IMG/VR virus record: IMGVR_UViG_3300037183_000125
Span: 69,886-133,885 of that record
Reading direction: 5' to 3' (one strand)
DNA: 64,000 nt
Source of the DNA: a virus
Taxonomy: Duplodnaviria; Caudoviricetes
The notes under the pieces are model-generated. The model saw nothing but the letters and a program-made list of their open reading frames with translations. It was not told the origin of the DNA and did not search any database. The position numbers were made by a program, and so were the translations under genes. This document shows, piece by piece, positions 1 to 10,619 of the stretch; the first letter of the stretch is position 1, and the number at the start of each line of letters is the position of its first letter.

Positions 1-2399
1 ACGGACACCGAGTTCCCGGAGGGGATCCCGTTCACCTGGTTGATCTGGACGTAGTCCGTCGCGATCGTGGACTCGCCGTCGAGCAGCGGGTCCTGCAGCT
101 TGTAAAGGGTGTACCCGTCGCCCGGGTCGAGGGCGCCGGAGACCTCTCCGACGACGGAGGACACGCGCAAGAGGGGCTGAAGGCTGGCGACGAACTTGTT
201 GTTGCTGCGATACCGGTAGTCGCCCTCCACGAAGTCGTCGAGCAGCGTCGGCGGCTGCGGGATGGACGTGTTGAGCCGGACAGTCCGGTAGTCGACGATC
301 GTCACGCCCGTCAGGTCGTAGCTCGTGACCGGCGTGTTCGAATGGTTCCGGAGGCCGAGGCCGAGCGACGGGTTATAGAGCATCTCGTCTATCGGGTTCG
401 AGACCGACAGGCGCGAGTCGCGGGCGCGGAACACGAGATTGACGGCGTCGACCACGTCGAAGCGAACGTTTTTGGCGACCGAGAACTGGAACGCGAACGT
501 CTCGGTCATGGTGCGCTCGATCGTCCCCTTGACCCAGGCGTCGACCTTTCCGCCGATGTGCTTCATGCGGACCGGGTCGTAGTCGCGCATCATGTCCGGG
601 TCGCCGGACTTGACGATGAGGACCTCGAGGAGGCCGGGGACGCCGATAGCGTTCAGCTCGTAGCCGCCCTCGGTCCCGGTGTCGAGAGAGTAGAGCTTCC
701 GGGACGCTGTCTCCGAGAGCTCGAGGTTGCTCTGCCGGTCGCGCCCGAAGTCGGACGCCACCTCGTTCGCCGTCTGCAGGCCGTCCGCGCCGGACACGAC
801 GGTGTCGAGGACGGGGGACGGGACGTTGCCGGCGGAGCCCGGGGTCTCGGCCACCATCTGGACCTGGACCTCGTAGCGGCGCGTGCTCGGGTTATAGTAG
901 GCCTGCGCGTTCGCGGCCAGGATGGACACCGACGCGTTGGAGACGAAGCGCGGGGCGGTGCTGTTGGTGGACGAGGAGACGATGGCGCCCTGGGACACCA
1001 CGAGGTCGCGCGTCGGGACCGATGTCGTGTAGAAGGTTTGGAGGACCTGCGCCGGGCGGGCGCCCTGGCGCGGAACGCCGAAGTTGGCGGACAGCGAGTC
1101 GAAGGACCCGTCGATGAGAGACTGGACGGCGGCGTCCGAGCTAAGGGAAAGGGCCGACTTCAGGTTCTGCTTATAGCTCGAGTTCGCGACCGTGACGCTG
1201 GTCCCGGTCAGGTTCGGGTCGTCGACCTGGAGCATCGCGGCGAAGGACTTCCCGCGGTGGACCCAGTCCATCAGGAAGTAGGCCTTCTGGATCTCGTTGC
1301 CGAACGGCTCGATGTGGACCTCGCGGACCGTCGAGGCCGGGATGAGGGCGAGAGACGGCTGGGCCGCGTTCACCTCCTGGATGTAGTCCTGGACCACGAT
1401 GTTCTGCTCGCGGATCCTGATGCCGCGGACCGTCGTGTCGAGGGCGAGCGGGGCGCCGGGGATCTCGGACGAGTAGCGGCTCTCCTGGAGCTGTCCCGTC
1501 GCCTTGTTGAAGTAGACGGCGGTGACGACGTAGAACAGAGGGTCGTCCGGGGACACGACCGAGAAGACGTCGTTGTTCAGGATCCCGTTCGTGATGCCGT
1601 CGTTCCGGTCGTGGACGAAGCTGAAGACGTTCGTCTGCCGCACCGACTGGACGTTGATCGTCATCAGGAACTTCGGGTCGCCGGAGAGCGGGACGCGGGT
1701 GACGCTCACGGGGGCGGCGACGCTCCCGGTAGCCGCGTTGACGAGGTTGGCCTGGAGCAGAAGGTCGAGCGTGTCGAAGCTCGTCGACGGGGTCGGGGCG
1801 TTCGGGTCCGACGCGTCCGGGTTGTCGAACGGGGTCGAGGACGAGAACACGTCGAACAGGTCCTGGCGGACGGAGGTCGGGGAGTTGTACGGGATGGTCT
1901 GGGCGTTGACGCGCAGGTAGCCCGAGCCGGAGCCGCCCTCGCCGGTCGAGGCGTAGACGTTGTAGCCAGTCGGGATGTCGGGAGAGAGGTCGGACCACTG
2001 GACCTCGACGTTCTTGGCGTTCCTCTGCAGGAGGACACCGGTGGGCGGGGAGAGGACGGTCTGCAGGTCCGCCTGCGAGACGACGTCCACGACCACGGTG
2101 GACGGAGGGCTGACGGACCCGGACATGTCCACCGAGCGCAGCTGGATGACGTTCCGTCCGCGCTCGAGGGAGAGGCCGGCGGGGTAGGCCGAAGGGTTCG
2201 GGACGGCGAAGTCCGGGAGGTCGAGGAACACCAGGGACGGGTCGGAGGCGAAGCCCGCGCCGTTGATGTTGATCTGAACGTCGACCACGTTCGAGTCCAC
2301 CGACCCCGTCAGGGCGATGAAGCTGATGTTCGTTGTGACGGCCAGCGAGTCGGTGTCGCCGGAGCCGTCGAAATAGTTAATCCTTGGCGCCGTCGTCAT
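1..2399 (-). CDS. Baseplate J-like protein (runs off the left edge)
   Basis: Absent from the ORF track because it has no stop in the window. Manual translation from ATG 2399 (MTTAPRINYFDGSGD...) stays open to base 1 and contains baseplate-J-like segments (LSANFGVPR, PGSAGNVP, FGRDRQSNLEL). Lies in the baseplate cluster. Confidence 0.75.
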   Translation of the reverse strand, partial: MTTAPRINYFDGSGDTDSLAVTTNISFIALTGSVDSNVVDVQININGAGFASDPSLVFLDLPDFAVPNPSAYPAGLSLERGRNVIQLRSVDMSGSVSPPSTVVVDVVSQADLQTVLSPPTGVLLQRNAKNVEVQWSDLSPDIPTGYNVYASTGEGGSGSGYLRVNAQTIPYNSPTSVRQDLFDVFSSSTPFDNPDASDPNAPTPSTSFDTLDLLLQANLVNAATGSVAAPVSVTRVPLSGDPKFLMTINVQSVRQTNVFSFVHDRNDGITNGILNNDVFSVVSPDDPLFYVVTAVYFNKATGQLQESRYSSEIPGAPLALDTTVRGIRIREQNIVVQDYIQEVNAAQPSLALIPASTVREVHIEPFGNEIQKAYFLMDWVHRGKSFAAMLQVDDPNLTGTSVTVANSSYKQNLKSALSLSSDAAVQSLIDGSFDSLSANFGVPRQGARPAQVLQTFYTTSVPTRDLVVSQGAIVSSSTNSTAPRFVSNASVSILAANAQAYYNPSTRRYEVQVQMVAETPGSAGNVPSPVLDTVVSGADGLQTANEVASDFGRDRQSNLELSETASRKLYSLDTGTEGGYELNAIGVPGLLEVLIVKSGDPDMMRDYDPVRMKHIGGKVDAWVKGTIERTMTETFAFQFSVAKNVRFDVVDAVNLVFRARDSRLSVSNPIDEMLYNPSLGLGLRNHSNTPVTSYDLTGVTIVDYRTVRLNTSIPQPPTLLDDFVEGDYRYRSNNKFVASLQPLLRVSSVVGEVSGALDPGDGYTLYKLQDPLLDGESTIATDYVQINQVNGIPSGNSVS

Positions 2400-2406
2400 T
2401 CAGTGC

Positions 2407-2413
2407 ACGCTAC
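2407..2413 (-). promoter_or_regulatory. GTAnnGT promoter-like motif (GTAGCGT), 7 nt before ATG 2399
   Basis: Motif recurs before many starts (see findings). Confidence 0.55.
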
Positions 2414-2438
2414 CCGATAAAGGGTCTGGGCGGGGACG

Positions 2439-3602
2439 TCAGCCTCCGGGGAGCCGACGGAGGGTCTGGGCAGGGTCCCCGTTCAGGGCGGAGAACGGGT
2501 TCGGGTTCCCGACGACGCGGGCGAGGGGGACCTCAACCTGGCTCCGGCTGACTATGACGGCGTTCAGGACGGCCACGGTCGGGTCGTTCGGGAGAAGCTG
2601 GACGTCGACCGAGCCGAGCTGGAGGGGGAACTCCGCGTCCGTGACCTTCTGCTGCGGAAAGTTCGCCTCCTGGCCGGTCTTGAGACTCTGGTATGTGGCG
2701 AAAGCCTGGGTGACGTCGACCGAGATGAGGGCGTTGACGCTCGAGGAGGCCGTGTTGCCCTTCCCGCCGATCCTGTCGACGAGGCCGCTGCCGAGCCAGC
2801 TCCACTTCCAGTGGGACCCGATCTTGGTCAGGAGGAACTTCTCGAACTCCTGGACAAGCAAGTCGGTATTCTGGACGGTGTCGTACGTGCCATTGTTGAT
2901 GGTGTAGTCGTACTCTACGCGGGTTCCGAAGCACCGGCGGCAGTACTGGGCCGCCGTCACGTAAGACAGCTCCACCAGGGGGTCCGCGTTCGGGAGAGGC
3001 TCATCGAACAAGAGAATGCGGTCCTGAATGACGGGGGAGCTCGGGTCAAGCTGGACGGACCACCCGGGGAAGATCTTCGTCCCGGTGACAGCGCGGCCGG
3101 GAACGATGCCGACCTCCGAGTAGGCGCCGAGGACCCGGGCCGTGGTCGGGAGCGAGCCAACCCTGTCAGTCCACCTCGGATCGTGGAACTGGAAGGCCGT
3201 ACCCCTGGACGGGCCGCGCGTCGAGACGACCACGCGCTTCCCGTCGGCATAGACGAGGAAGTCCGGGAGCTGGCGCTGGAGGCCGATCGCCATGTCCGAG
3301 GCCGAGACGGCGGGGCCCGGGGTGAGCTGAAGAAGCCGCGGCATGCCGAACCCGACGGCCATCAGGAGAAGGTCGTTCACGCCCGCCTGGACCCGGTACG
3401 GGCCGGGCTTGAAGAAGGGGAGCGAGGCGGTGGACCAGAGCCCGGACTTCGGGACCGGGACGCGGTCGACGTAAACGGCCACGCCGGAGTTGTTGGGGGG
3501 CCTCGGGAAGGAGCAAGACCGCTTCGTCCCCTGGTCGACGGGGCAGGCCTCGAAGAAGACCTGGTGCGGACAGACGGCAGCTGTGGCAAAGTCGTACGAC
3601 AT
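2439..3602 (-). CDS. Baseplate wedge protein with C-terminal gp25/GpW-like domain
   Basis: LVQEFEKFLLTKIGSHWKWSWLGSGL resembles the gp25/GpW signature; directly upstream of the baseplate J-like gene. Confidence 0.55.
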   Translation of the reverse strand: MSYDFATAAVCPHQVFFEACPVDQGTKRSCSFPRPPNNSGVAVYVDRVPVPKSGLWSTASLPFFKPGPYRVQAGVNDLLLMAVGFGMPRLLQLTPGPAVSASDMAIGLQRQLPDFLVYADGKRVVVSTRGPSRGTAFQFHDPRWTDRVGSLPTTARVLGAYSEVGIVPGRAVTGTKIFPGWSVQLDPSSPVIQDRILLFDEPLPNADPLVELSYVTAAQYCRRCFGTRVEYDYTINNGTYDTVQNTDLLVQEFEKFLLTKIGSHWKWSWLGSGLVDRIGGKGNTASSSVNALISVDVTQAFATYQSLKTGQEANFPQQKVTDAEFPLQLGSVDVQLLPNDPTVAVLNAVIVSRSQVEVPLARVVGNPNPFSALNGDPAQTLRRLPGG

Positions 3603-3610
3603 ACTGTTCC

Positions 3611-4336
3611 TCAGACCGGGACGCGCTGGTCGTTCTGCTCGCCCTGCTGGATGGCGTCGGAGTAGGAGAGGTCGCCAGGCCTGCCTACGGCGAGGCCAAA
3701 GACGTCCTCCAGGTTGTCGACCACGTTCGCCGAGCCAGGGGTCACCATCTGGACCTCAATGCCGACCACCTGGCTGTCGAAGGACTTGGTCGAGGTGTCG
3801 TCGAGGACGGCGGTAAGAAGGACTATCTCGTTCTGGAGCTGGTCCGAGTAGTCGAGAGCACGCTTGATCTTGAACTCGAGCCTCTCGCGCTTGGCCTTAA
3901 TGGCCGCGAGCTGCCACCCCTTCAGGCTCTCGACGAGCAGGCCGAGGTCCCGGTCGAAGCGCTGGGTGCCGCGCTCGCGCCGGCCGTTCGAAAAGGTGTC
4001 CGAGAACCCGCTCGCGGTGTTTCCGACCTGACCGTTCATGGAAACACCCTTCGTCTTGAACACAGGCTTGTCCGAGGTCCGGAGAAGCATGTCGCGCTCC
4101 GGCACCCCGCCGAGAACCCGGTACGCGGCGATAAGCTTCGCCGCGTAGCTCCCGGCCGAGGCCGAGAACGAGACCGGCATCGGGCCGTCGTAGGTGGTCT
4201 CGAAGATGCCGTTCATGGAAAGCTGCTTCTGGAGCCAGTTGATCCTAAGCTGGACGTCGACTTTCTGGATGCGCGCGAAGGCCTTGAAGGCCTCCCATTG
4301 ACCCGAGGTCATTGTACCAAAAAAGTTGAACGCCAT
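3611..4336 (-). CDS. Hypothetical protein, probably virion-associated
   Basis: 241-aa ORF, backbone-like codon usage, within the baseplate cluster. Confidence 0.6.
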   Translation of the reverse strand: MAFNFFGTMTSGQWEAFKAFARIQKVDVQLRINWLQKQLSMNGIFETTYDGPMPVSFSASAGSYAAKLIAAYRVLGGVPERDMLLRTSDKPVFKTKGVSMNGQVGNTASGFSDTFSNGRRERGTQRFDRDLGLLVESLKGWQLAAIKAKRERLEFKIKRALDYSDQLQNEIVLLTAVLDDTSTKSFDSQVVGIEVQMVTPGSANVVDNLEDVFGLAVGRPGDLSYSDAIQQGEQNDQRVPV

Positions 4337-4344
4337 TTCAGTGG

Positions 4345-5106
4345 TTACTTCCTAGTATGTATACAGATACCGCCGCCAAGGTGTTTGCTGAAATTGCAAT
4401 TCCAACACAGGATTTGAAAGCGACTCCTGTCCATTGTTCCGTCTAAGAGACCACGATAAAAGCCAGCGGACCCGAAGCTTTCTTGTTTTCTAGAAGAATT
4501 GCCATCATCATGTAGATGATCGATCGTCAGGAAAGACGATGATAGTTCACCGCAACAAGCACACTTCCCTCCGAAAGAGGTTATTACGGAAGCTCGTAAA
4601 GCGCGAAGAGCGAGCCGGTTGGTCCCATTCCCACAGTTCCTGCACTCTGTCCGCTTTCTTCTCCCATACTTCGGGTGAGCGGACGAGCGGACGAGCTTCG
4701 GCGATCCGCATTTTTTACACGGTTCTCCAGAACATTCATACTTGGACTTCAAGGGAAGTGGACGGCGCAAATCAAGATTGCCGCCGGAGTTGCAGTTTCG
4801 GCACTGCACAGCGTAGTCCTCTGGCGGTCTCAGCCCGCGGGCTATCTCGAGATAGATCTGCCGTCGTCCTGTCTCAGACCTGTCCTTCGCTCCGTCACCG
4901 TTCAGGTGACCGAGGGTCAGAAACTCAAGCTCAGTCTCCCCGCAGTCTCTGCAGACAGGACCGCCCAGCTTCTCGAAGGCCCCGAGCTTCGCCCGGAGAT
5001 GGCGGTCCTTGTCGTATTGCTTGAAGGCCTCCGGGTTGGACTCCCGGTATGCGGGCATGTAGGACTTCCGGTAGTCCTTCATGTAGGCTTTCTGGTCGAA
5101 CGTCAT
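4345..5106 (-). mobile_element. Free-standing endonuclease with two tandem HNH-like domains
   Basis: Two copies of CxxCGE...FLT(I/L)(D/G)H...DG...Q(x)CxNCN; visibly lower GC than neighbours. Confidence 0.75.
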
Positions 5107-5153
5107 GTCCTGACGAACGATACCGAAAAAGGAAAGCCCCCGTTCAGTCGGAC
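5107..5153 (-). promoter_or_regulatory. Stem-loop covering the bases immediately 5' of the HNH start, with GTATCGT (5117-5123) at the loop edge
   Basis: Minus strand GTCC-GAC-t-GAACG ... CGTTC-GTC-a-GGAC-ATG pairs with two single-base bulges. Confidence 0.5.
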
Positions 5154-5359
5154 TCCGGCTTCGTCGACTCCGTGTGCTTCTCGGGTTCGACCTTCGTCAG
5201 GTCGTCCTCGCCGCCGTACGTGAACGAGGCGGACACGACGGAGTGGCCGGCTGCCTTGAGGGCGCGCACGAAGTCGGCCGTCATGACGTTGGCGTCGTCC
5301 TTCCTGCCGTTGTTGTGGTGAATACCGACGCCGCGGACCGTGATGTTCCAGTTTCCCAT
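5144..5359 (-). CDS. Small hypothetical protein
   Basis: 71-aa ORF with backbone-like GC, between two endonuclease genes. Confidence 0.6.
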   Translation of the reverse strand: MGNWNITVRGVGIHHNNGRKDDANVMTADFVRALKAAGHSVVSASFTYGGEDDLTKVEPEKHTESTKPESD

Positions 5360-5369
5360 GTTGAATACC

Positions 5370-6321
5370 TCAGGCTAGAACGGCAATCGAAAGCTCATAT
5401 CCCTCGAGATGGTCGGGATGGTTCGCCTTGTCGTCCCCGGACGATACTATGGCACCCGATTTTCGGTTCCGGGCCCGAGAACGGATGCACTCCCTACAGT
5501 CCCGTCTTCCACGAGAAGTGCGGGTATTCTCTGGAATAAGCACATGTCCTTTCTTACACTTAGTAGGAGAACATAGAAGACATACTCGATGCCCGCTCTT
5601 CGAAAGGAAATAACTTCCGTCGACGAACGGGTGCCCCTTCGAACAGGAGGTCTTAGCCTCTCTTCGGGCCCTCGTCGTGCACTCGTTACATACCGTCCTC
5701 GGAAATCGGCTCCCAGGACGAGAAATACGAAACTTCACATCTTTTTCAGACAAACCACACTTTTTACAAAAACACCTCTCCAGGAACGACGAGTGACTTA
5801 GTCCGTTTCAGAGAGTTTGATATCTTCCCCCTCGTCGCCGAATGATGATGGCGTGAAGAACTGGACGATGATATCTTCTGAAGTGTGACGGGGGAGTGCT
5901 TCCATCCAGTAAGAGAAGTCCTATAGGAAGGGTTAGACCAAAGTTCCTTCTTGACGTCCAACATCCGGGCACGATATTCTGGCCTAAGCCATGGATTAGA
6001 CCGAAGAGGACGGGATGGATGCGAATCTCCTCCTTTGGAAAGATTGAACCCTTTCTCCGGATCCCGTGTGTCGAGTTCTTCGATCCAGCGCTGCTCAGCG
6101 GTGTTCGCCTCCTCAAGAGTCTCATGCTTCCCAAGGACCTCGTGCGAGAAGGCATCTTTTCCATATTTGCGGATTGCGTTCTGGAAGTAAGAGCGACCAT
6201 CGCCGGAACGCTTTGCCTGGGCACAGTGCTGGTTCCAACGGTGCATCATCGTGTATTTCGTCAGGCCAACGTAGCGGCGGCCTGACTCGACGTGTGTGTG
6301 ACAGTAGACGGTCCAGGACAT
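5370..6321 (-). pseudogene. GIY-YIG homing endonuclease with CxxGH zinc fingers, split by a +1 frameshift
   Basis: 5764-6321 has WTVYCHTH...RRYVGLT...PEKGFN. 5370-5753 has CSKGH/CKKGH fingers like the intact paralog 31497-32516. Removing one T from the T5 run (5768-5772) joins them as EVF-CKKCG. Confidence 0.75.
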
Positions 6322-6347
6322 GATCCCGGAACCAATCCATGAAAGTC

Positions 6348-8657
6348 CTAGAGCCCTAAAATGAACTTCAGGGCGCCGAGGGCGGCTATGGACCCAGCGC
6401 CGGGGCCGCCGAAGGTCATGACCATCCCGGAGTGAAGGCCGAACGGGGAGGAGCCGGGCTTGTTCTCAGAGGACTGCAGGTCCTGGACCAGGGAGTCCGC
6501 GCTCCCGTTCGACGAGCTGAGGGCCAGGACGGAGAGGGTGACGCTAACGTTCAGGATCCGTATGATCTCGTCGAGCGTCCTCAGTACCTGGGCGAGGGCC
6601 TCTATCTTCTGGATGAGAGTCTCGACGATGTCCACGATCTCCTGGAGGGCCGAGGCGAAGGCCTTGAGGAGGGACTTCAAGAACTGCTCGAGGTCGAAGA
6701 CGAAGGGGACGAGGGCCGGGAAGAGGTCGCCGACGGTGAGCGAATACCAGGACAGATACGACGTCTGGGTACTGACGGTCGAAAGGGACGAGTGGAGGAA
6801 GGCCGCCAGCGCCTGCCTCTCCTCGACCGTGACGAAGGTGGCGCCGGCGATGGGGGTCAGCGGACACGGGCCGTCCAGGGGGGCGCCGTCCGAGTAGGAC
6901 TCCTCGGCCGCGAGATACGCCTCTATGCGCTGGGCCACGTGGGGCGTCACGCCGCCGACGACGCCGACGAAGGACCAGGGGAGCTGGTCGTCGGTCGACT
7001 GGTCCCCGGACGCGATCGCCAGGGTGGTGCTGGTCAAGGTCGGGACCAGACGGTCGACCACGTCCTTGACGTCCGAGGTCCACTGCTTGGAGAGCATGTC
7101 CACGAGCTGAGGGGTGTTGGCGAGGACGGTCGCCACCTTGTTCGCCAGGCGGCGGGACGAGGCCTTAAACACCACGCTGTTCCGGAGGAGGTTCGACTTC
7201 GGGTAGGCCGACTTGAGAGACCCGACCTGTCCGCCCACGGAGCCGAGCGTGCCCCAGCCCGTGCGCTGCTCGTTCCGGAAGACCGAGTTCGACAGGCCGC
7301 TCCCGGGAGGGAACACGGCGGGGAGGTCGAAGTTGAGAAGGAGGCCTGCCTGGACGGCGCGATAGACGTCCGTGTAGGCGTTGAAGGCGAGAGAGTTCCC
7401 GGAGGGGTCCCTCAGGACGCGCGGGACGAAGCCCTTGGCGACGGGGGACGGCTTCCCGAGCGTCATCTTCGGGCTAGTCCGGATGCGCTTTTGGTTCCCG
7501 TCCGTGAAGACGAGAGGGCTTCCGGAGGCCGTCAGGGAGCCGACCGTGGCCTGCACGTAGTCCTTCGAGTCTCCGAAGAAGGCGCGGACGCGGTAGTAGT
7601 AGGTCTTGCCGGGCTTGAGGACGGGGTCCTCGTCGAGGAAGCGGTAGACGCCGGTCGCGATGCCGCCGACGAGGTCGAGCGCCGAGTCGACCGAGGAGTT
7701 GGAGCCGCCCGTGTCGCCCGCGGTCGCCTTCCCGCCAGGGCCGAACTGGATGGGGATCCTGGTCGGGAAGTGCTTGTAGACGGAGCCGTCCTCCTCGCGC
7801 AGGGTGGAGAGGGCGCCGACCGCGGGGAAGTCGTACCTGGCGGTGACGCCGTCGACCACCTTCCCGACGGTCTGCGACGCCACGGGGACGCGGACAGGGT
7901 CGCCCTGCGGGCTCAGCTGTGGGTCGCCCTCGTCCTGCGGGAACGGGCCGGTCCTCTCGACGACGAAGTTCGGGAACCTGAACTGGTTGTAGAGGGAGAC
8001 CGCCTGGCCGGCGAAGCCCTGGGAGGCCTGCCCCGAGGCGGACTGCGGCATCCTCCACTCGAGCTGGAGCGCCTGCCTCAGGCCGGGCTCGAACATCTGC
8101 CGGAACTGCGTGATGGCGTTCCCGGACTGGTTGATCGGGGTGGCCTTGAGGCTGACCGGCGCCGGGAGGCCGGAAAGGTTGATCGGGTGCTTGATGAGGG
8201 CGAGGAGCGAGAAGAGAAGGCCCATCAGGTCGCCCGGGGAGTCCACGCCGATGTACAGGACGAGCATGGCGACCGAGGACCCCGGCGGGTACTGGGGGCG
8301 GAACTCGTCGGACGTGTCGTAGAACTTCCCGACGACCTTCGACTCGAAGCCCGGGTAGGCGCCGCTCACGGAATAGAGGACGCCCGAGAAGTCGGGCTGA
8401 CTGAAATCCGGGTGAACCAGGAGGACCGAGAAGCCGGTCGACCGTATCTGGTTGATCAGCGCCCGGACGGCGGCCAGGAGAAGGGCGACGAGCGCGCGGA
8501 GCGGGTTGCCAAGGTCGAGGAAGAACGGCTTCAAGAGGGCGAGGATGGCTTCGAGTATGGCCTCGACGGCCTCGAGCGCCTGCAGGGCCCCCTCGACGGG
8601 CGGGATCAGGGGCTCGAAGACATCGAACTTAACTCTCAAAGTCCGGAACTCGGCCAT
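6348..8657 (-). CDS. Hypothetical virion/baseplate-region protein
   Basis: 769 aa; amphipathic helical termini and an internal PGKTYYYRVRA FN3-like strand; located in the baseplate cluster. Confidence 0.6.
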   Translation of the reverse strand: MAEFRTLRVKFDVFEPLIPPVEGALQALEAVEAILEAILALLKPFFLDLGNPLRALVALLLAAVRALINQIRSTGFSVLLVHPDFSQPDFSGVLYSVSGAYPGFESKVVGKFYDTSDEFRPQYPPGSSVAMLVLYIGVDSPGDLMGLLFSLLALIKHPINLSGLPAPVSLKATPINQSGNAITQFRQMFEPGLRQALQLEWRMPQSASGQASQGFAGQAVSLYNQFRFPNFVVERTGPFPQDEGDPQLSPQGDPVRVPVASQTVGKVVDGVTARYDFPAVGALSTLREEDGSVYKHFPTRIPIQFGPGGKATAGDTGGSNSSVDSALDLVGGIATGVYRFLDEDPVLKPGKTYYYRVRAFFGDSKDYVQATVGSLTASGSPLVFTDGNQKRIRTSPKMTLGKPSPVAKGFVPRVLRDPSGNSLAFNAYTDVYRAVQAGLLLNFDLPAVFPPGSGLSNSVFRNEQRTGWGTLGSVGGQVGSLKSAYPKSNLLRNSVVFKASSRRLANKVATVLANTPQLVDMLSKQWTSDVKDVVDRLVPTLTSTTLAIASGDQSTDDQLPWSFVGVVGGVTPHVAQRIEAYLAAEESYSDGAPLDGPCPLTPIAGATFVTVEERQALAAFLHSSLSTVSTQTSYLSWYSLTVGDLFPALVPFVFDLEQFLKSLLKAFASALQEIVDIVETLIQKIEALAQVLRTLDEIIRILNVSVTLSVLALSSSNGSADSLVQDLQSSENKPGSSPFGLHSGMVMTFGGPGAGSIAALGALKFILGL

Positions 8658-9506
8658 CTACGGACTCCTAGTATGAGGACATGAGCCATAAAGACCCTTA
8701 CTGCAGTTGCAGTTCCAACACAGAATTTGATATATAGAGGTATCCGAAGAATCCCGAATCTCCCGAAGAGTTTGAAGACGGCTTTGTCGTTTCCTGCACT
8801 CATTGCCGTCATTGTTCATATGATCTATAGTCAATACATCTTTGTCTCCCATGCCACAACAGACGCATGACGATCCAAGCTTTTCAAAAACGACATTCTT
8901 GAGCTTAGACCTGTAGGCTCTTTCGCAACCGATAAGCTTAGGACGAGTTGAGTCATGCAATACTTTCGGTACTTTCTTGTAGTTGCAGTTCCAGCAGAGA
9001 AGCTGATACTCCCGACTCGGGACGCCGTCACGTATTTCGATATATACTGGGATCGATGTCCCTTTACCGAGAGTCCTGAGCTCTTTCCTGTGTTCGGCCC
9101 CGTCGTTGTTTACGTGATCAACGACGAGAAAGTCAGGCTCGGACTCACCACATGCTTTGCAAGACCCGCCAAGAAGAGCTATGGCGGTTAACTTCAATAG
9201 TTCTCTATAAAGACGACCTTTTTTCTTTATGAGAAGAACAAATTCAGGGTCTTTTCTTTTTCGTTCATACCATATGCGAAGGGTCTCTTTTATTTGATCT
9301 GAATTCTCTGCTCGGTAGATGACCCTGGACTGAAGGATCTGGTCCCTGTTTTTAACATACCAGCCATGTTTATATTCGGGCCTCTTCTTTATCTTCTCGG
9401 GATGCGCTTTAGCACGGGATTTAGCACGAGCCTTCGTCAAGAGATGGTTCTTCCCGTACCATCTTTTCGAGGCGGCCTTTTTGTCCTCTTTGTTCGCGTA
9501 CGGCAT
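8658..9506 (-). mobile_element. Free-standing endonuclease with two tandem HNH-like domains
   Basis: CKACGE...VVDH..NDG...YQLLCWNCN and CVCCG...LTIDH..NDG...YQILCWNCN; AT-rich. Start taken at ATG 9506 (MPYANK). Confidence 0.75.
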
Positions 9507-9578
9507 GCGAACGATGGTTGAATAAGACTCCAAGATTGACATATTCGATCCCGAAGGGAACCAGTCTTAATCCAGAAG

Positions 9579-9758
9579 TCAGCGCTTCCCGAAGCGGGCG
9601 GCGACGGCGCGCTTCCTGTCGAGCTCGGCCTTCAGGCCGTCGATGGTGGCCGCCACGGCATCGCGGGTGGTCTGGACGGCCTCCCGGACCGGGCCGAGGC
9701 CGACCTGGGCGCCGTGCGTCCACTCGTTCTTCTTCGGCGGGTCCTTCTTCTCTTCCAT
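9579..9758 (-). CDS. Small hypothetical protein (59 aa)
   Basis: ATG 9758 preceded by GAGGTGAG; high-GC3 codons. Confidence 0.55.
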   Translation of the reverse strand: MEEKKDPPKKNEWTHGAQVGLGPVREAVQTTRDAVAATIDGLKAELDRKRAVAARFGKR

Positions 9759-9784
9759 TCGCTCACCTCGGGAGAAAAGGAACC

Positions 9785-10192
9785 CTACGAGCCCATGACG
9801 AGCATGGAAAGGCACAGCTCGTCCGGGCAGGAGGCGAACTCCCCGGGATGGAAGGACAGGCTATGGCCCTCTTCGAAGAACTTGTCGGACCAACGGCGCG
9901 GGTTGACGACGTGGGAAAGGGCAACCTCGTCCGGGCCGAACAGGCTGACGACCCCCTGCACCCTCGAACGGTCCACGTAGACGGACATCCCGTACATGAC
10001 GCCCATGAGGCCGAGCCTGAGGTCGCCGGCCTTGGTGTTGATGTCGATGACGTCGCTCGCGAACTTCCGGAGGTCCACGAAGTCGAGGGCGGCCATGCGC
10101 ATGGACTTCGGCTTCCCGAGATCTCGGGCATAGACCACAGCGTCCTTTATCTTGACCGCATCCCAGTAGGAAAGGTCGTAGGCCTTCCTCAT
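9785..10192 (-). CDS. Hypothetical protein
   Basis: 135-aa ORF with backbone codon usage. Confidence 0.6.
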   Translation of the reverse strand: MRKAYDLSYWDAVKIKDAVVYARDLGKPKSMRMAALDFVDLRKFASDVIDINTKAGDLRLGLMGVMYGMSVYVDRSRVQGVVSLFGPDEVALSHVVNPRRWSDKFFEEGHSLSFHPGEFASCPDELCLSMLVMGS

Positions 10193-10619
10193 AGCGAGTT
10201 GGCCTTCAGTCTATGACACAAAGCACACCGTACATCACATTTCGCTATTTCCGAAAGGAGGCCTTCAATAGAGTTGTTTCGTCCGTCGGTACCAACGTTA
10301 AAAGACTTCAGTGACGGATCCCGATGATCGAAGTCCATCAATTCATGGATACGCAGGCAGAAACCATCTCGGCCACACAGTATGTCTTATCTCCAAGATG
10401 GTCAAAGTCCATCGCAAAAGATGGGTAACTCAGTCCGCAGTCGAAGCACGGAACGTTCTTACGAAGGATACACTCGTTCCGAAGGGACTGACGATGCAAG
10501 TCTCTACGGTTGGAAAAAACCTCTCGATTTTCGACGAAGTATTTTCTCATGTAGGTTTTCCTACAAACAGAACAACGTGAACCAGCCACCTCGTGACCCA
10601 TCTTGCAGATCCGAGTCAT
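10189..10619 (-). pseudogene. Tandem-HNH endonuclease remnant with out-of-frame internal deletion
   Basis: One frame gives PCFDCG..YP..AMDFDH then stops. A second frame continues HELMDFDHRDP...EIAKCDVRCALCHRLK to TGA at 10189. Same family as 38131-38880 and 54511-55203. Confidence 0.7.

Noticed and set aside
342-2420. 692-aa plus-strand ORF
   Set aside because: Antisense shadow of the baseplate J-like gene, caused by high GC3 bias; the protein is R/G/V/D-biased with no motifs.
6432-8684. 750-aa plus-strand ORF, and similar long ORFs 12716-14638, 39486-40673 and 57743-59383
   Set aside because: Each mirrors a well-supported minus-strand gene; typical high-GC shadow frames.
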